From assembly GCA_030636025.1 (NCBI GenBank), contig DAOVXQ010000002.1:10848-74847 (forward strand): a DNA stretch of 64,000 nt, given 5' to 3'. Positions within the stretch are counted from its first letter, which is position 1, and the number at the start of each line of letters is the position of its first letter. The DNA is from an archaeon (GTDB lineage Archaea > Nanobdellota > Nanobdellia > Pacearchaeales > GW2011-AR1). The position numbers and the translations under genes were made by a program. Shown here piece by piece: positions 9,128 through 18,961 of this stretch. The notes under the pieces were generated by a model. That model was not told the DNA's origin, ran no database searches, and was given only the letters and a program-made list of their open reading frames with translations.

Positions 9128-9211
9128 GTGTCGGGGTGAGTTTTTAGATATTGAACAAAATATATTTAAAAACAATATCTAGGAACGAATTTTTCAAATC
9201 CCCCTGGGGCT
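9128..9211 (+). pseudogene. tRNA-Lys-like 3' half carrying a ~56 nt hairpin insertion in the T arm
   Basis: GTGTCGGGG (9128-9136) and TTCAAATCCCCCTGGGGC (9193-9210, 18/18) match tRNA-Lys. The insert pairs TAGATATTG/CAATATCTA. It has only 4 G where the T stem needs 5. Confidence 0.45.
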
Positions 9212-9287
9212 GATGCAATTTGTTTAAATGAGATGAGATTTAACACAAATTTTAAAAACCTCCTATTATAATAAATGTTAAATTAAT

Positions 9288-9890
9288 ATGAAATTTCAAT
9301 ATAGATTATCGACTAAACAAATACAATCAATTATTTTGATTATTCTTTCATTTATCATTTATTATATATTAAGATTTCATTTTGAGAGCGCAGGTTTAGT
9401 TCTTTTGTATGTTGCATTAATAATGTTTGCATTTGGTGTAACGAATTTATTTGATGAATGTATGAAAAGATATAAAATATTAAGAGCAAAAGATACAGAA
9501 GATTATGATAGTCCAACAGAAGAAATAGTTGCAGATTATTTTAAAAGAAAGAATGTAAAATTCTATCTTCATCCAAAAGTTAAAGTTCCAACAAAAATAT
9601 GGAGATTTAACAATCCTTTTAAGAAAAGAACACTTAAACCTGATTTTTTCCTTCCACAATATAATGCATTTGTTGAGTATTGGGGTAATAATGGGGAAGA
9701 TTATGAAAGAAAAAGAAAACTAAAAGAAAAAGCATATAATGAAAATGATATAGAATTTATATCTCTTTCCAAGAGGGATTTGATTTATAATGGAAAATTA
9801 GATAGGAATAGATTAGATTGGAATTTTACTCAAAAACTACTTGATTTGATTAGAGAAAGAGAAGGAAATAATTTAGAATGGAAAAAATAA
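9288..9890 (+). CDS. membrane-anchored protein with a possible PD-(D/E)xK nuclease-like core
   Basis: N-terminal TM helices. KPDFFLPQYNAFVEYWG resembles the D...E.K core of DUF559/DUF2726-type nucleases. Weak. Confidence 0.3.
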   Translation: MKFQYRLSTKQIQSIILIILSFIIYYILRFHFESAGLVLLYVALIMFAFGVTNLFDECMKRYKILRAKDTEDYDSPTEEIVADYFKRKNVKFYLHPKVKVPTKIWRFNNPFKKRTLKPDFFLPQYNAFVEYWGNNGEDYERKRKLKEKAYNENDIEFISLSKRDLIYNGKLDRNRLDWNFTQKLLDLIREREGNNLEWKK

Positions 9891-10049
9891 ATTTTCCTCC
9901 AATCCCTTAATCCCACCTAAAATCCCCCCAAAAATCCACATCCAAAACATTTATAAACCTACTTTAAGATAATTTTATTATTATAAAGTTGTAAAGGTAA
10001 ATATCGCAAAATTTTTACATGCTTTTACTCTCTGCCTTAAACCCCAAAA

Positions 10050-10259
10050 ATGCACGTATTACAGCCCAAACACACAAAATTAAAACCAGAAGAGGTTGAA
10101 AAACTACTTTCTGAATTGAATATTTCTCTTGCACAATTGCCGAAAATTAAAATTTCAGACCCTGCGCTTCCAGAAAACTGCGAGATTTCTGATGTGATAA
10201 AAATAGAAAGAATATCAGACAGCCAGAAACCGGTCTATTACAGGACGGTGAGTATATAA
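10050..10259 (+). CDS. rpoH: RNA polymerase subunit H (Rpo5)
   Basis: HVLQPKHTKLKPEEVEKLLSELNISLAQLPKIKISDPA...YYR is the canonical RpoH sequence and gene position. Confidence 0.85.
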   Translation: MHVLQPKHTKLKPEEVEKLLSELNISLAQLPKIKISDPALPENCEISDVIKIERISDSQKPVYYRTVSI

Positions 10260-13200
10260 TGCAAATTCAACAGCCAAAAGAAGAGCACATTCTTGTGAAA
10301 AAATATTTGAAAGAGCACAGCTTAGTTGAGTCAAATATAACTTCGTTTAATGATTTTATGAACCATCGGATGCAGGAGATTGTGAATGAGATAAGTAATT
10401 CTATTTCTGACGACGAACATGAAATAAGTTTAGGTAAAATTAAAATAGACAAGCCGATTATTATTGAGGCAGATGGGAGCTCTCATCTTTTGGCGCCGGC
10501 AGAGGCAAGAATCAGGGGGCTGACTTATTCTGCGCCTGTTAGTTTAGAGATTACAATAAAACAGGAAGGACAATTAGAAAGCCATAATGTTGAAATCGGG
10601 AAAATCCCAATCATAATCAAAAGTGATGCGTGTAATTTGTCAGGAATGTCAAAAGAAGAACTAGTAAAAAATTATGTTGACCCATTAGACCCAGGTGGTT
10701 ATTTTATTATTAATGGAAATGAACGAGTAATTGTAATGACAGAGGATTTAGCAGCGAATCAACCATTTATTGAAAAAGCCAAAGGAACTAAAAAAGGAGT
10801 TATGCTGAGGTTGTTTTCTCAAAGAGGGAGCTACAGAATTCCAATAACAATAACAGACACCAACGAAGGAATTATTGAGGTTTCATTTAGCAGATTTAAA
10901 AATATCCCGCTCGTAGTATTATTAAAAGCATTAGGGCTAACTAAAGAAAGTGATATTGCAAAACATATAGATAAAGAGACAGATAGTTTAATTGTTAATT
11001 TATATGAATTCGCAGGGATTCAAAATGAGAAGGATGCAATGATGGCGATTGCTGAACAGACTTCTCTTCAGGGAACAGAAAAAGAAATTCTTGACAGAAT
11101 TAAACAACGGCTTGATTCGTATTTTTTGCCCCATATTGGATTGGAAAAAGAAGACAGGGTTGAAAAAGCGATTACTATCTGCAAGTTTGTGAAACAGTTT
11201 TTAATTGCAAAAGAAAATGTAGAGAGTTTGACTGACAAAGACCATTATGCAAATAAAAGGGTCAGGATGTCAGGTGATTTGCTCGGAGATTTATTCAGGG
11301 TTAATTTAAATATTTTAATTAGGGATATTCAACATTCATTGCAAAAAATTCAAAAGAGAAAGAAATTTTATTCTATAAAGTCGATTGCGAAGTCTACTTT
11401 GTTTACTCATCGGGTTAAAAGTGCGATTGCAACAGGTAACTGGATTGGCGAGAGAACAGGGGTTACACAAAATATGGATAAGACAAATTACCTTGCTATT
11501 TTGTCTCAATTACAAAGAGTTTCAAGTATGTTGCCTGGTGAACAGGAAAATTTCCTGGCAAGAACACTGCACCCAACTCATTATGGAAGATTTTGCCCTG
11601 TTGAAACACCAGAAGGAACTGAAATCGGGCTAAGAAAAAATTTGGCCTTGCTGGCAAGAATTTCTACAAGGGCTGATTTAGAAAACAAGGATTTTATTAA
11701 AGAGTTAATAGAACTGGGGATGAAAAAAGAAATTGAAGAAGAGTCTGGAAGCGATGTTTTTTACAATGGGAGATTTATTGGGCATGTGAAAAATTTTAAA
11801 GAATTTATTTTTAATTTAAAATCAAAAAGAAGAAATGGGGAATTGCCAATTGAATTAAGTATTAGATTTAATAAAGTTTTGGATAGTATTATTTTGTCCA
11901 CAGAAGTTGGGAGAGTAATGAGGCCGTTGATAATTGTTGAGAATGGAAAAAGTAAATTAACAGAAGAGCATATTAAACTTTTAAAAGAAGATGCATTATC
12001 CTGGAAGGAACTTTTAAAGAGAGGGGTTATTGAATACCTCGACGCTGCTGAAGAAGAAAATGCTTTGGTTGCCTTGGATAAAAAAGATATTGCAGAAGAG
12101 TATACTCATTTAGAAATTGATAAAATTGATTTGTTGGGGGTTGTTACTTCTTTAGTTCCTTATGCAAATTATGACCAGAGTTCAAGATTAAACAGGGGGA
12201 GTAAAACCCAGAAGCAGGGTTTGGGATTATATGCTGCGAATTTTTTTACAAGGATTGACACTGATGTTAGTATTTTGCACTACCCGCAAAAACCAATTGT
12301 CAGAAGTTTTATCTACGACACTTTAGAGGTCCATCCTGCAGGACAAAATGTTATGGTCGCTATTATGACTCACGAGGGTTATAACATGGAAGATGCCTTA
12401 ATTTTAAATCAGGGGAGCATTGACAGAGGATTGGGGAGGAGCACATATTTCAGACCATACACTTCTATTGAATTAAATTATGCAGGCGGATTAAAAGACG
12501 AGATTACAATTCCTGAAAAAGAAGTTTCTGGTTACAGAACTGAAGAGAGTTATAGATTTTTAGAAGATGACGGCATTGCTTACCCTGAGGCGAAAATGAA
12601 CTCTGGGGAAGTTGTTATTGGAAAAACAAGTCCTCCGAAATTCTTGTCAGAAGTCAGGGAAATTTCAATTAAAGCAAGAAAAGAAGCGAGTTCGGTTATC
12701 AGGCAAGAAGAGTCAGCGATTGTTGATACTGTTTTTGTAACATCAGATAATCAGGGAAATAAAATAATTAGAGTTAAAACAAGAGACCAGAGAATTCCTG
12801 AGTTGGGGGATAAGTTTGCGACTTCCCACGGGCAGAAAGGGGTTGTCGGCGCGATTGTTCCTGAAAATGATATCCCTTTTACATCTCGAGGAATAAAACC
12901 AGATATTATTTTCAACCCGCACAGTATTCCAGGCAGAATGACTGTTGGTTATTTAATTGAATTATTAGCTGGAAAAGTTGCATGTTTATCAGGGAACATC
13001 GTCGATGGGACTGGTTTTTCAGGGCAAAAAATTACAGATTTAGAAGAGCAATTAAGAGAATCAGGATTTAGATTTGACGGCAAGGAAACTTTGTATAATG
13101 GAATTACTGGAAAAATAATGCGGGTTAAAATTTACATTGGGAACATGTATTATCTTAAATTAAAATATATGGTTAGCAATAAAATGCATGCTCGTGCTTC

Positions 13201-13537
13201 TGGAAAGGTTACTTTATTGACGAGACAGCCGATTGAGGGACGGGCGCGGGGCGGGGCATTAAGATTAGGAGAGATGGAGCAACAGGCATTAGTTGCACAC
13301 GGTGCTTCGCTGTTATTAAAAGAAAGATATGATTCAGATAAAGTTGTTATTAATATCTGCACTAAATGCGGGGCTGTTGCAATCGACGACAGTGTTAGAA
13401 ATAAATTATTTTGTCCTCTGTGCAACAGCCAAGAAATCGAACCAGTTGAAATGTCTTACGCATTCAAATTATTAGTTGATGAAATTCAGAGTTTGCATAT
13501 CAAAACTAAATTTAATTTAAAAAATAAATACGAATAA
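10259..13537 (+). CDS. rpoB: RNA polymerase subunit B (Rpo2), unsplit
   Basis: 1092 aa with GDKFATSHGQKGVVG, FNPHSIPGRMTVG, RLGEMEQQAL and a C-terminal Zn ribbon. Confidence 0.95.
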   Translation: MQIQQPKEEHILVKKYLKEHSLVESNITSFNDFMNHRMQEIVNEISNSISDDEHEISLGKIKIDKPIIIEADGSSHLLAPAEARIRGLTYSAPVSLEITIKQEGQLESHNVEIGKIPIIIKSDACNLSGMSKEELVKNYVDPLDPGGYFIINGNERVIVMTEDLAANQPFIEKAKGTKKGVMLRLFSQRGSYRIPITITDTNEGIIEVSFSRFKNIPLVVLLKALGLTKESDIAKHIDKETDSLIVNLYEFAGIQNEKDAMMAIAEQTSLQGTEKEILDRIKQRLDSYFLPHIGLEKEDRVEKAITICKFVKQFLIAKENVESLTDKDHYANKRVRMSGDLLGDLFRVNLNILIRDIQHSLQKIQKRKKFYSIKSIAKSTLFTHRVKSAIATGNWIGERTGVTQNMDKTNYLAILSQLQRVSSMLPGEQENFLARTLHPTHYGRFCPVETPEGTEIGLRKNLALLARISTRADLENKDFIKELIELGMKKEIEEESGSDVFYNGRFIGHVKNFKEFIFNLKSKRRNGELPIELSIRFNKVLDSIILSTEVGRVMRPLIIVENGKSKLTEEHIKLLKEDALSWKELLKRGVIEYLDAAEEENALVALDKKDIAEEYTHLEIDKIDLLGVVTSLVPYANYDQSSRLNRGSKTQKQGLGLYAANFFTRIDTDVSILHYPQKPIVRSFIYDTLEVHPAGQNVMVAIMTHEGYNMEDALILNQGSIDRGLGRSTYFRPYTSIELNYAGGLKDEITIPEKEVSGYRTEESYRFLEDDGIAYPEAKMNSGEVVIGKTSPPKFLSEVREISIKARKEASSVIRQEESAIVDTVFVTSDNQGNKIIRVKTRDQRIPELGDKFATSHGQKGVVGAIVPENDIPFTSRGIKPDIIFNPHSIPGRMTVGYLIELLAGKVACLSGNIVDGTGFSGQKITDLEEQLRESGFRFDGKETLYNGITGKIMRVKIYIGNMYYLKLKYMVSNKMHARASGKVTLLTRQPIEGRARGGALRLGEMEQQALVAHGASLLLKERYDSDKVVINICTKCGAVAIDDSVRNKLFCPLCNSQEIEPVEMSYAFKLLVDEIQSLHIKTKFNLKNKYE

Positions 13538-13538
13538 A

Positions 13539-13778
13539 ATGTTTGACGGAAATCCATATCGATGTATACATCTGAATAAAGGTTGCAAAATCTTGGAAGA
13601 ACATGATAGGGCTGTTAAGGCGAAGTTAGTTGATCCAACATTTGATTATAGGGAAAAGATTTGTAGGAATCCAGAAAATATAATTGCATGCAATAAACGT
13701 AGAATAGGTAATAATATACCAAAATTAAGAACAGAAATTTATTCAATATACAAAAATAAAATTGGGGTCAATAAATAA
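13539..13778 (+). CDS. 79-aa Cys-containing ORF wedged between rpoB and rpoA
   Basis: Starts 1 nt after the rpoB TAA and ends 1 nt before rpoA ATG 13780. No recognisable family. Confidence 0.5.
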   Translation: MFDGNPYRCIHLNKGCKILEEHDRAVKAKLVDPTFDYREKICRNPENIIACNKRRIGNNIPKLRTEIYSIYKNKIGVNK

Positions 13779-13779
13779 A

Positions 13780-16700
13780 ATGACAAAACATGTAAGAAAA
13801 CAAGTAGAAAGTTTGCAGTTTACTTTGCTTAATCCAGATGAGATTAAGAAAATTTCAAAGGCAAAGATTATCACTCCTGAATTATATGATGTTGATGGGT
13901 ATCCTGTCGACGGTGGTTTGATGGATTTGAGATTAGGTGCAATTGACCCTGGAACAAGATGCAGAACCTGCGGTGGAAGATTAAAAGAATGCCTCGGGCA
14001 TCCTGGAAGTATTGATTTAGCAAGACCGACAATTCATATTAAATATACTCCGATTATAGAATTATTTTTAAGATGTTTTTGTTCTGAGTGTCATAAATTA
14101 ATGATTAAAGAAAAAGATTTGCAAAAATATGGGATTAAAGATAGATTAAAAAAAGCAAAAGATTCTAAAAAGTGCCCGCACTGTCTAGCAGAACAAGAAA
14201 AAGTTAAACTTGAAAAACCAACTACTTTTAAGGTTGGTAAAAAAAGAATTTTCCCTGGAGAGATAAGGGAACGGCTTGTCAGAATTCCTGAAGAAGAGGC
14301 ACGGCTTGCAGGAATTAATCCAGATATTTTCAGGCCTGAATGGGGGATATTAACTTTGCTTTTAGTTCCTCCTGTAACAGTCAGACCAAGTATTACATTG
14401 GAGTCAGGAGAAAGAAGCGAGGATGATTTGACTCATAAATTATCAGATATTATAAGAGCAAATCAGAGATTGTGGGAAAACTTAAATGCCGGGGCTCCTG
14501 AAGTTATTATCGAGGATTTATGGGATTTATTGCAGTATCATATTACAACCTTTTTCGATAACTCGATTGTAAAAATTCCGCCTGCAAGACACAGAAGCGG
14601 ACAGCCATTAAAAACAATAACTGAAAGAATTAAGGGAAAAGAAGGGAGAATCAGGCACAATCTTGCTGGAAAAAGAGTTAATTTCTCGGCGAGAACTGTA
14701 ATTTCTCCAGACCCTTCATTGAAAATTAATGAAGTTGGTGTTCCTTTTGAGATTGCAGAAACTTTAACAGTGAATGAGAAAGTTAATTCATTAAATATTG
14801 AGAAATTAAAAAAAATAATTGAGAATGAAAAATATCCGAGTGCGAATTATATTATTCGACCTGATGGGCGAAGAAAAAGAATTACTGATGAACTAAAGCA
14901 GGAAATTTTGGATGAATTAGAGCCGGGCTATACTGTTGAAAGGCATTTAATCGACGGTGATGTTGTTTTATTTAATCGACACCCAAGTTTGCATAAAGCA
15001 AGTTTGATGGCACACTTTGTTAAAGTTCTTCCTTACAAAACATTTAGGGTTCACCCTGCAGCAGCCCCACCTTATAATGCTGATTTTGATGGAGATGAAA
15101 TGAATATCCATGTCCCGCAAAGTGAAGAAGCAAGAGCAGAAGCCAAGACATTAATGGACGTAGACCAAAATTTAATCTCGTGCAAAGATAACAGCAACTT
15201 ATTAGGGTGTATCAAGGATGCGATTACAGGAACTTATTTATTAAGCGGACTTGCTTTATCTAAAGAAGAAGCTTCTCAATTATTGTATCAGGCAGATATA
15301 AATACAAAAATCTTTAAGAAAAAAATTGAGGGTAATGAAATTCTATCAGAAATAATTCCTAAAATTGATTATAAAGGCAAAACAAGAACAGGAGAGTCAT
15401 TTGTTATCAAGGACGGAAAAATTAATTCTGGAAGAGTTGATGAAAATGTTTTTGGTGTTGAATGCGGTGGGTTAATAAAATCTTTAGATAAAGAAGTTGG
15501 AAGAGGGAAGACAATTGAAGTTTTGGAAAATGCATTTACATTGGGAACTAAATATCTTTCAAATCATGGTTTTACAATTTCTGTTAATGACTTGGGTGTT
15601 AATAAAAAAGTTAAATCTGCGAGTGAAGAGATAATTAGAAATGCAGAAGAAGAGACAGATAAAATTATTAATGAATTGAATACAAAAAAATTGGAAGTGA
15701 TTCCGGGTAAAAATCTTAAGGAAACCCGGGAGATTAAAATTATGCAGATATTAAATAATACGAGAACTCAAATTGGGAAAATTATTGGGAAAGAGTTCCC
15801 GAAATCAAATCCAGTTAATATTATGATGGGTGCGGGGGCTGGCGGGAATATTTTGAACATTACTCAGATGGCTTGTTTTGTCGGACCTCAGGCATTGTGG
15901 GGCGAAAGAATTTCTATTGGTTTCAACAACAGAACAATGTCATTTTTCAAGGAGGGAGACTTATCACCGAGGGCAAGAGGGTTTATTTACAATTCATTTT
16001 TGGACGGACTTGAAGCAACAGAATTCTTTTTTGGAGCAATAACTGGGAGAGATTCGCTTATGGATACTGCACTTAGAACTCCGAAGTCAGGTTATTTATA
16101 TAGGAGATTGGCAAATGCATTGCAGGATATTAGAATAGAATATGATAAAACGGTCAGAGACGGGGCAGGAAGAATAATCCAGTTTAAATATGGTGATGAC
16201 GGAAAAGATGTTTCTGGTCTGCATAAGGGCAAGGACATTACTCCCGGAGAAGCAATCGGGATTGTTACTGCACAATCTTTTGGAGAACCATCCACTCAAA
16301 TGATTTTAAGAACATTCCACTCTGCAGGGGTTTCAGAAATGCAGGTTACTTCAGGATTGCCAAGATTAATTGAAATTTTTGATGCAAGAAGAATTCCCTC
16401 AACTCCTGAAATGGAAATTTATTTAGATAAAAATTATAATGATGAAAAAAATGCAAGAATTATTGCTGAGAAAATTCAGGAAGTAAAAGTCAAGGATATT
16501 GTTCAGGAGATAAAAATTAATTTCGGTGATAAAAAAATTGAAGCAATTATTGACAATAATGCAGTTAGGAGAATTCATACCTCTACAGATAATATTGTAA
16601 AAAGATTAAAAGACAAGGGGCACAACTGCAAAGTCGGCAGTGGTTCAATTATATTTAGTGAAAAGAATTTGAACTTTAAGGAAATTTATAAATTGAAAGA

Positions 16701-17301
16701 AAAAATAAAGGACACAATAATTTCAGGGATCAAAGGAATTGAGCAAATTTTAGTTGTAAAAAGGAACAATGATTTTGTTATTCTTACTGCTGGAACCAAC
16801 CTTAAAGAAATAATAAATTTTAAAGGAATTGATAAAACTCGGACAATCAGCAACGACATTCATGAGGTTTGCAGTATTTTTGGGGTTGAGGTTGCCCGCT
16901 CTATTATTATTAAAGAAATTGAAAAAGTTAAAAATTCTCAGGGATTAGATATTGATGAACGGCATTTAAAACTTGTTGCAGATGCTATGACTTCGATAGG
17001 TCTTGTTAAAGGAATAACAAGGATGGGGATTATTTCTCAGAAATCTTCGATTTTAGCAAGGGCGAGTTTTGAAACTCCTGACAAAATTTTTGTTAATTCA
17101 ACATTAAAAGATAATAAAGATGAATTAACTTCTGTAATTGAAAATATAATTTTAAATCAGCCAGTTCCTGTTGGAACAGGTTTGCCTGGACTTCTTGTTA
17201 AAGTTACTGGGCCTTTAACAGACAAAAAGCCAAAGAAAGATTCTTCTGTTAAAAAATTGACTAAAGCAACAAAAGAGCTTGGTGAAAAAAAGAAAAAGTA
17301 A
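13780..17301 (+). CDS. rpoA: RNA polymerase largest subunit, A' and A'' fused in one ORF
   Basis: The A' catalytic NADFDGDEMN and the A'' trigger-loop region GEAIGIVTAQSFGEPSTQMILRTFHSAG lie in one uninterrupted frame. ATG 13780 is preferred over TTG 13762. Confidence 0.9.
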   Translation: MTKHVRKQVESLQFTLLNPDEIKKISKAKIITPELYDVDGYPVDGGLMDLRLGAIDPGTRCRTCGGRLKECLGHPGSIDLARPTIHIKYTPIIELFLRCFCSECHKLMIKEKDLQKYGIKDRLKKAKDSKKCPHCLAEQEKVKLEKPTTFKVGKKRIFPGEIRERLVRIPEEEARLAGINPDIFRPEWGILTLLLVPPVTVRPSITLESGERSEDDLTHKLSDIIRANQRLWENLNAGAPEVIIEDLWDLLQYHITTFFDNSIVKIPPARHRSGQPLKTITERIKGKEGRIRHNLAGKRVNFSARTVISPDPSLKINEVGVPFEIAETLTVNEKVNSLNIEKLKKIIENEKYPSANYIIRPDGRRKRITDELKQEILDELEPGYTVERHLIDGDVVLFNRHPSLHKASLMAHFVKVLPYKTFRVHPAAAPPYNADFDGDEMNIHVPQSEEARAEAKTLMDVDQNLISCKDNSNLLGCIKDAITGTYLLSGLALSKEEASQLLYQADINTKIFKKKIEGNEILSEIIPKIDYKGKTRTGESFVIKDGKINSGRVDENVFGVECGGLIKSLDKEVGRGKTIEVLENAFTLGTKYLSNHGFTISVNDLGVNKKVKSASEEIIRNAEEETDKIINELNTKKLEVIPGKNLKETREIKIMQILNNTRTQIGKIIGKEFPKSNPVNIMMGAGAGGNILNITQMACFVGPQALWGERISIGFNNRTMSFFKEGDLSPRARGFIYNSFLDGLEATEFFFGAITGRDSLMDTALRTPKSGYLYRRLANALQDIRIEYDKTVRDGAGRIIQFKYGDDGKDVSGLHKGKDITPGEAIGIVTAQSFGEPSTQMILRTFHSAGVSEMQVTSGLPRLIEIFDARRIPSTPEMEIYLDKNYNDEKNARIIAEKIQEVKVKDIVQEIKINFGDKKIEAIIDNNAVRRIHTSTDNIVKRLKDKGHNCKVGSGSIIFSEKNLNFKEIYKLKEKIKDTIISGIKGIEQILVVKRNNDFVILTAGTNLKEIINFKGIDKTRTISNDIHEVCSIFGVEVARSIIIKEIEKVKNSQGLDIDERHLKLVADAMTSIGLVKGITRMGIISQKSSILARASFETPDKIFVNSTLKDNKDELTSVIENIILNQPVPVGTGLPGLLVKVTGPLTDKKPKKDSSVKKLTKATKELGEKKKK

Positions 17302-17401
17302 TTAAAAATAAAATTTAAATAAAGATGTTTCTTTAGATTAGAAAAGGTTGAGAAAAAATAAATAGAGGAAATATTTAAATATCTTTAAAGGATGTAGATT
17401 T

Positions 17402-18961
17402 ATGAAAAGGAGGGATGAAAAGGCACAGAGCCAGATTATTACAGTTGTTTTGATTGTTTTAGTGGCGCTGGTTATTATTGCGATTGTTTGGGGGGTTATC
17501 CAAAATGCAATTAAGCAAAGCAGTGAGGAAATTGAGGTCGATATTCTAAGTGTGGATTTAAAAGTCAAGCTGGGTTCGGTTTTTATAGATGAAACAAACT
17601 CTAACCAGCTTTTTTTTGATATCACAAGAGGCACAGATAAGGCAGAACTAAAACATTTAAGAGTTTTCCTTATTGACGAGGATGGAGTTCAAAGCGAGGT
17701 TTATATTGTTAATGATTTCCCAAAACAATTAGAGACAAAAACAGTTCTTTTAGATATTTCAGATTTTAGCGGGACTATTGCAGAAATTTTAGTTTATCCT
17801 GTTTCAAAATCTGGTAAAATAGGGAGAGAAGAAAAATACGAAGTTCCTGAAGTAGGAATATCAACAGGCACTCCTCCAGATTCTCCTCCAAATGTAATCT
17901 CTCCCGAGGATGGAGGAGATGATGGGTGTGGTGATGGAGAGGTTGAATATGGAGAGGGTTGTGCTATTGATGTTAATGCCTTGGAGAGTACGTCTTATAA
18001 TTTAGATGTCGAAGGAGCTACTTATGTTTTGACTGATGATATTTCAGTTGGTAATAATGGGATAACTATTGCTGCGGAGGGTATTACTCTTGATGGAGCA
18101 GGATATAGTTTGACAGGTGCTGGTTTTGGGTGGGGAGTAATCGCGGATAATCAAGATAGTCTTACTGTGAAGAATTTTGGAAATATTGGAAAATTTGGGA
18201 GGGAGGTTTATTTTAATAGTGTTAGTAATTCAGTTATTGAAGATAATACTATGAATTCAGAGATGTCTCCGGACAGTAATTATGCGATTTATTTGAAAAA
18301 TGGAGGTTCCAATAGGGTTGAGAATAATAATATTGACTTGAGTACGTCTTCAGGAGATTCTTTTGGGGTTTATTTAGGTGTTGATACAGGTAATACTTTT
18401 GGGGATAATGAGATAATTGGAAATAATATAAAAGTTTTCGGTTCATCTTCTTCATCTTCAGGGATTTATTTATCTGCTTCTGGAACTTCAAACTCAAACA
18501 TAATCCAAGATAATACAATTGAATCTTCAACTTATGGAGTTCGGTTATTTGCTTCTGGAACTTCAAACTCAAACATAATCCAAGATAATACAATTGAATC
18601 TTCAACTTATGGGATTTTTTTATATACTTCTGGAACTTCAAACTCAAATATAGTTCAGGACAATACAATTAGTTCTTCACAATATGGGATATATTTATTT
18701 GGTTATGGAACTTTGGATTCAAACACAATTCAAGATAATACAATGTCTTCTTATTCTGAATATGGGGTTCGTCTTGTAACTGGTTATGGGGGGGTGTTGA
18801 GTAATTTATTAGCGATAGGGAATAGTGCTTGTCAAGAGGGTCTAAATGGCTTAAGTTGTTCTGGAGGTGAAATTTCATTTGATGAGAGTTCTACAGGAAA
18901 TATATTTGAAGGAGTAAGTTGCTCAGAAATGAATCCTAGTTATTATTCTAGTTGTCCTTAA
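17402..18961 (+). CDS. pilin-like (class III signal peptide) surface protein with parallel beta-helix repeats
   Basis: N-terminus MKRRDEKAQSQIITVVLIVLVALVIIAIVWG is followed by repeated NxIxDNTIxSSxYGIxL units. Confidence 0.6.
   Translation: MKRRDEKAQSQIITVVLIVLVALVIIAIVWGVIQNAIKQSSEEIEVDILSVDLKVKLGSVFIDETNSNQLFFDITRGTDKAELKHLRVFLIDEDGVQSEVYIVNDFPKQLETKTVLLDISDFSGTIAEILVYPVSKSGKIGREEKYEVPEVGISTGTPPDSPPNVISPEDGGDDGCGDGEVEYGEGCAIDVNALESTSYNLDVEGATYVLTDDISVGNNGITIAAEGITLDGAGYSLTGAGFGWGVIADNQDSLTVKNFGNIGKFGREVYFNSVSNSVIEDNTMNSEMSPDSNYAIYLKNGGSNRVENNNIDLSTSSGDSFGVYLGVDTGNTFGDNEIIGNNIKVFGSSSSSSGIYLSASGTSNSNIIQDNTIESSTYGVRLFASGTSNSNIIQDNTIESSTYGIFLYTSGTSNSNIVQDNTISSSQYGIYLFGYGTLDSNTIQDNTMSSYSEYGVRLVTGYGGVLSNLLAIGNSACQEGLNGLSCSGGEISFDESSTGNIFEGVSCSEMNPSYYSSCP
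18476..18775 (+). repeat. four in-frame 75-bp (25-aa) tandem repeats inside the beta-helix gene
   Basis: Units start at 18476, 18551, 18626 and 18701. The first two are nearly identical at the DNA level (SGTSNSNIIQDNTIESSTYG...). Confidence 0.85.

Noticed and set aside
8856-9211. Functional multi-intron tRNA hosting tRNA-Lys inside its intron
   Set aside because: No 5+7+5 anticodon arm could be assembled from the flanks. The best candidate loop, CTCATAT, has only a weak AAGTT/GATTT stem and does not connect to the D and T arms. The T-stem 5' strand is also one G short. It is kept as a finding but not annotated as a second tRNA gene.
18476-18775. Possible CRISPR-like array (regular repeats)
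   Set aside because: The units are contiguous 75-bp in-frame coding repeats with no spacers. They encode beta-helix turns, and there are no cas genes in the window.
18249-18878. 139-aa and 69-aa minus-strand ORFs in the track
   Set aside because: They lie antisense to the beta-helix repeat gene. Their repetitive, low-complexity translation mirrors the 75-bp coding repeats on the plus strand, so they are shadow ORFs.
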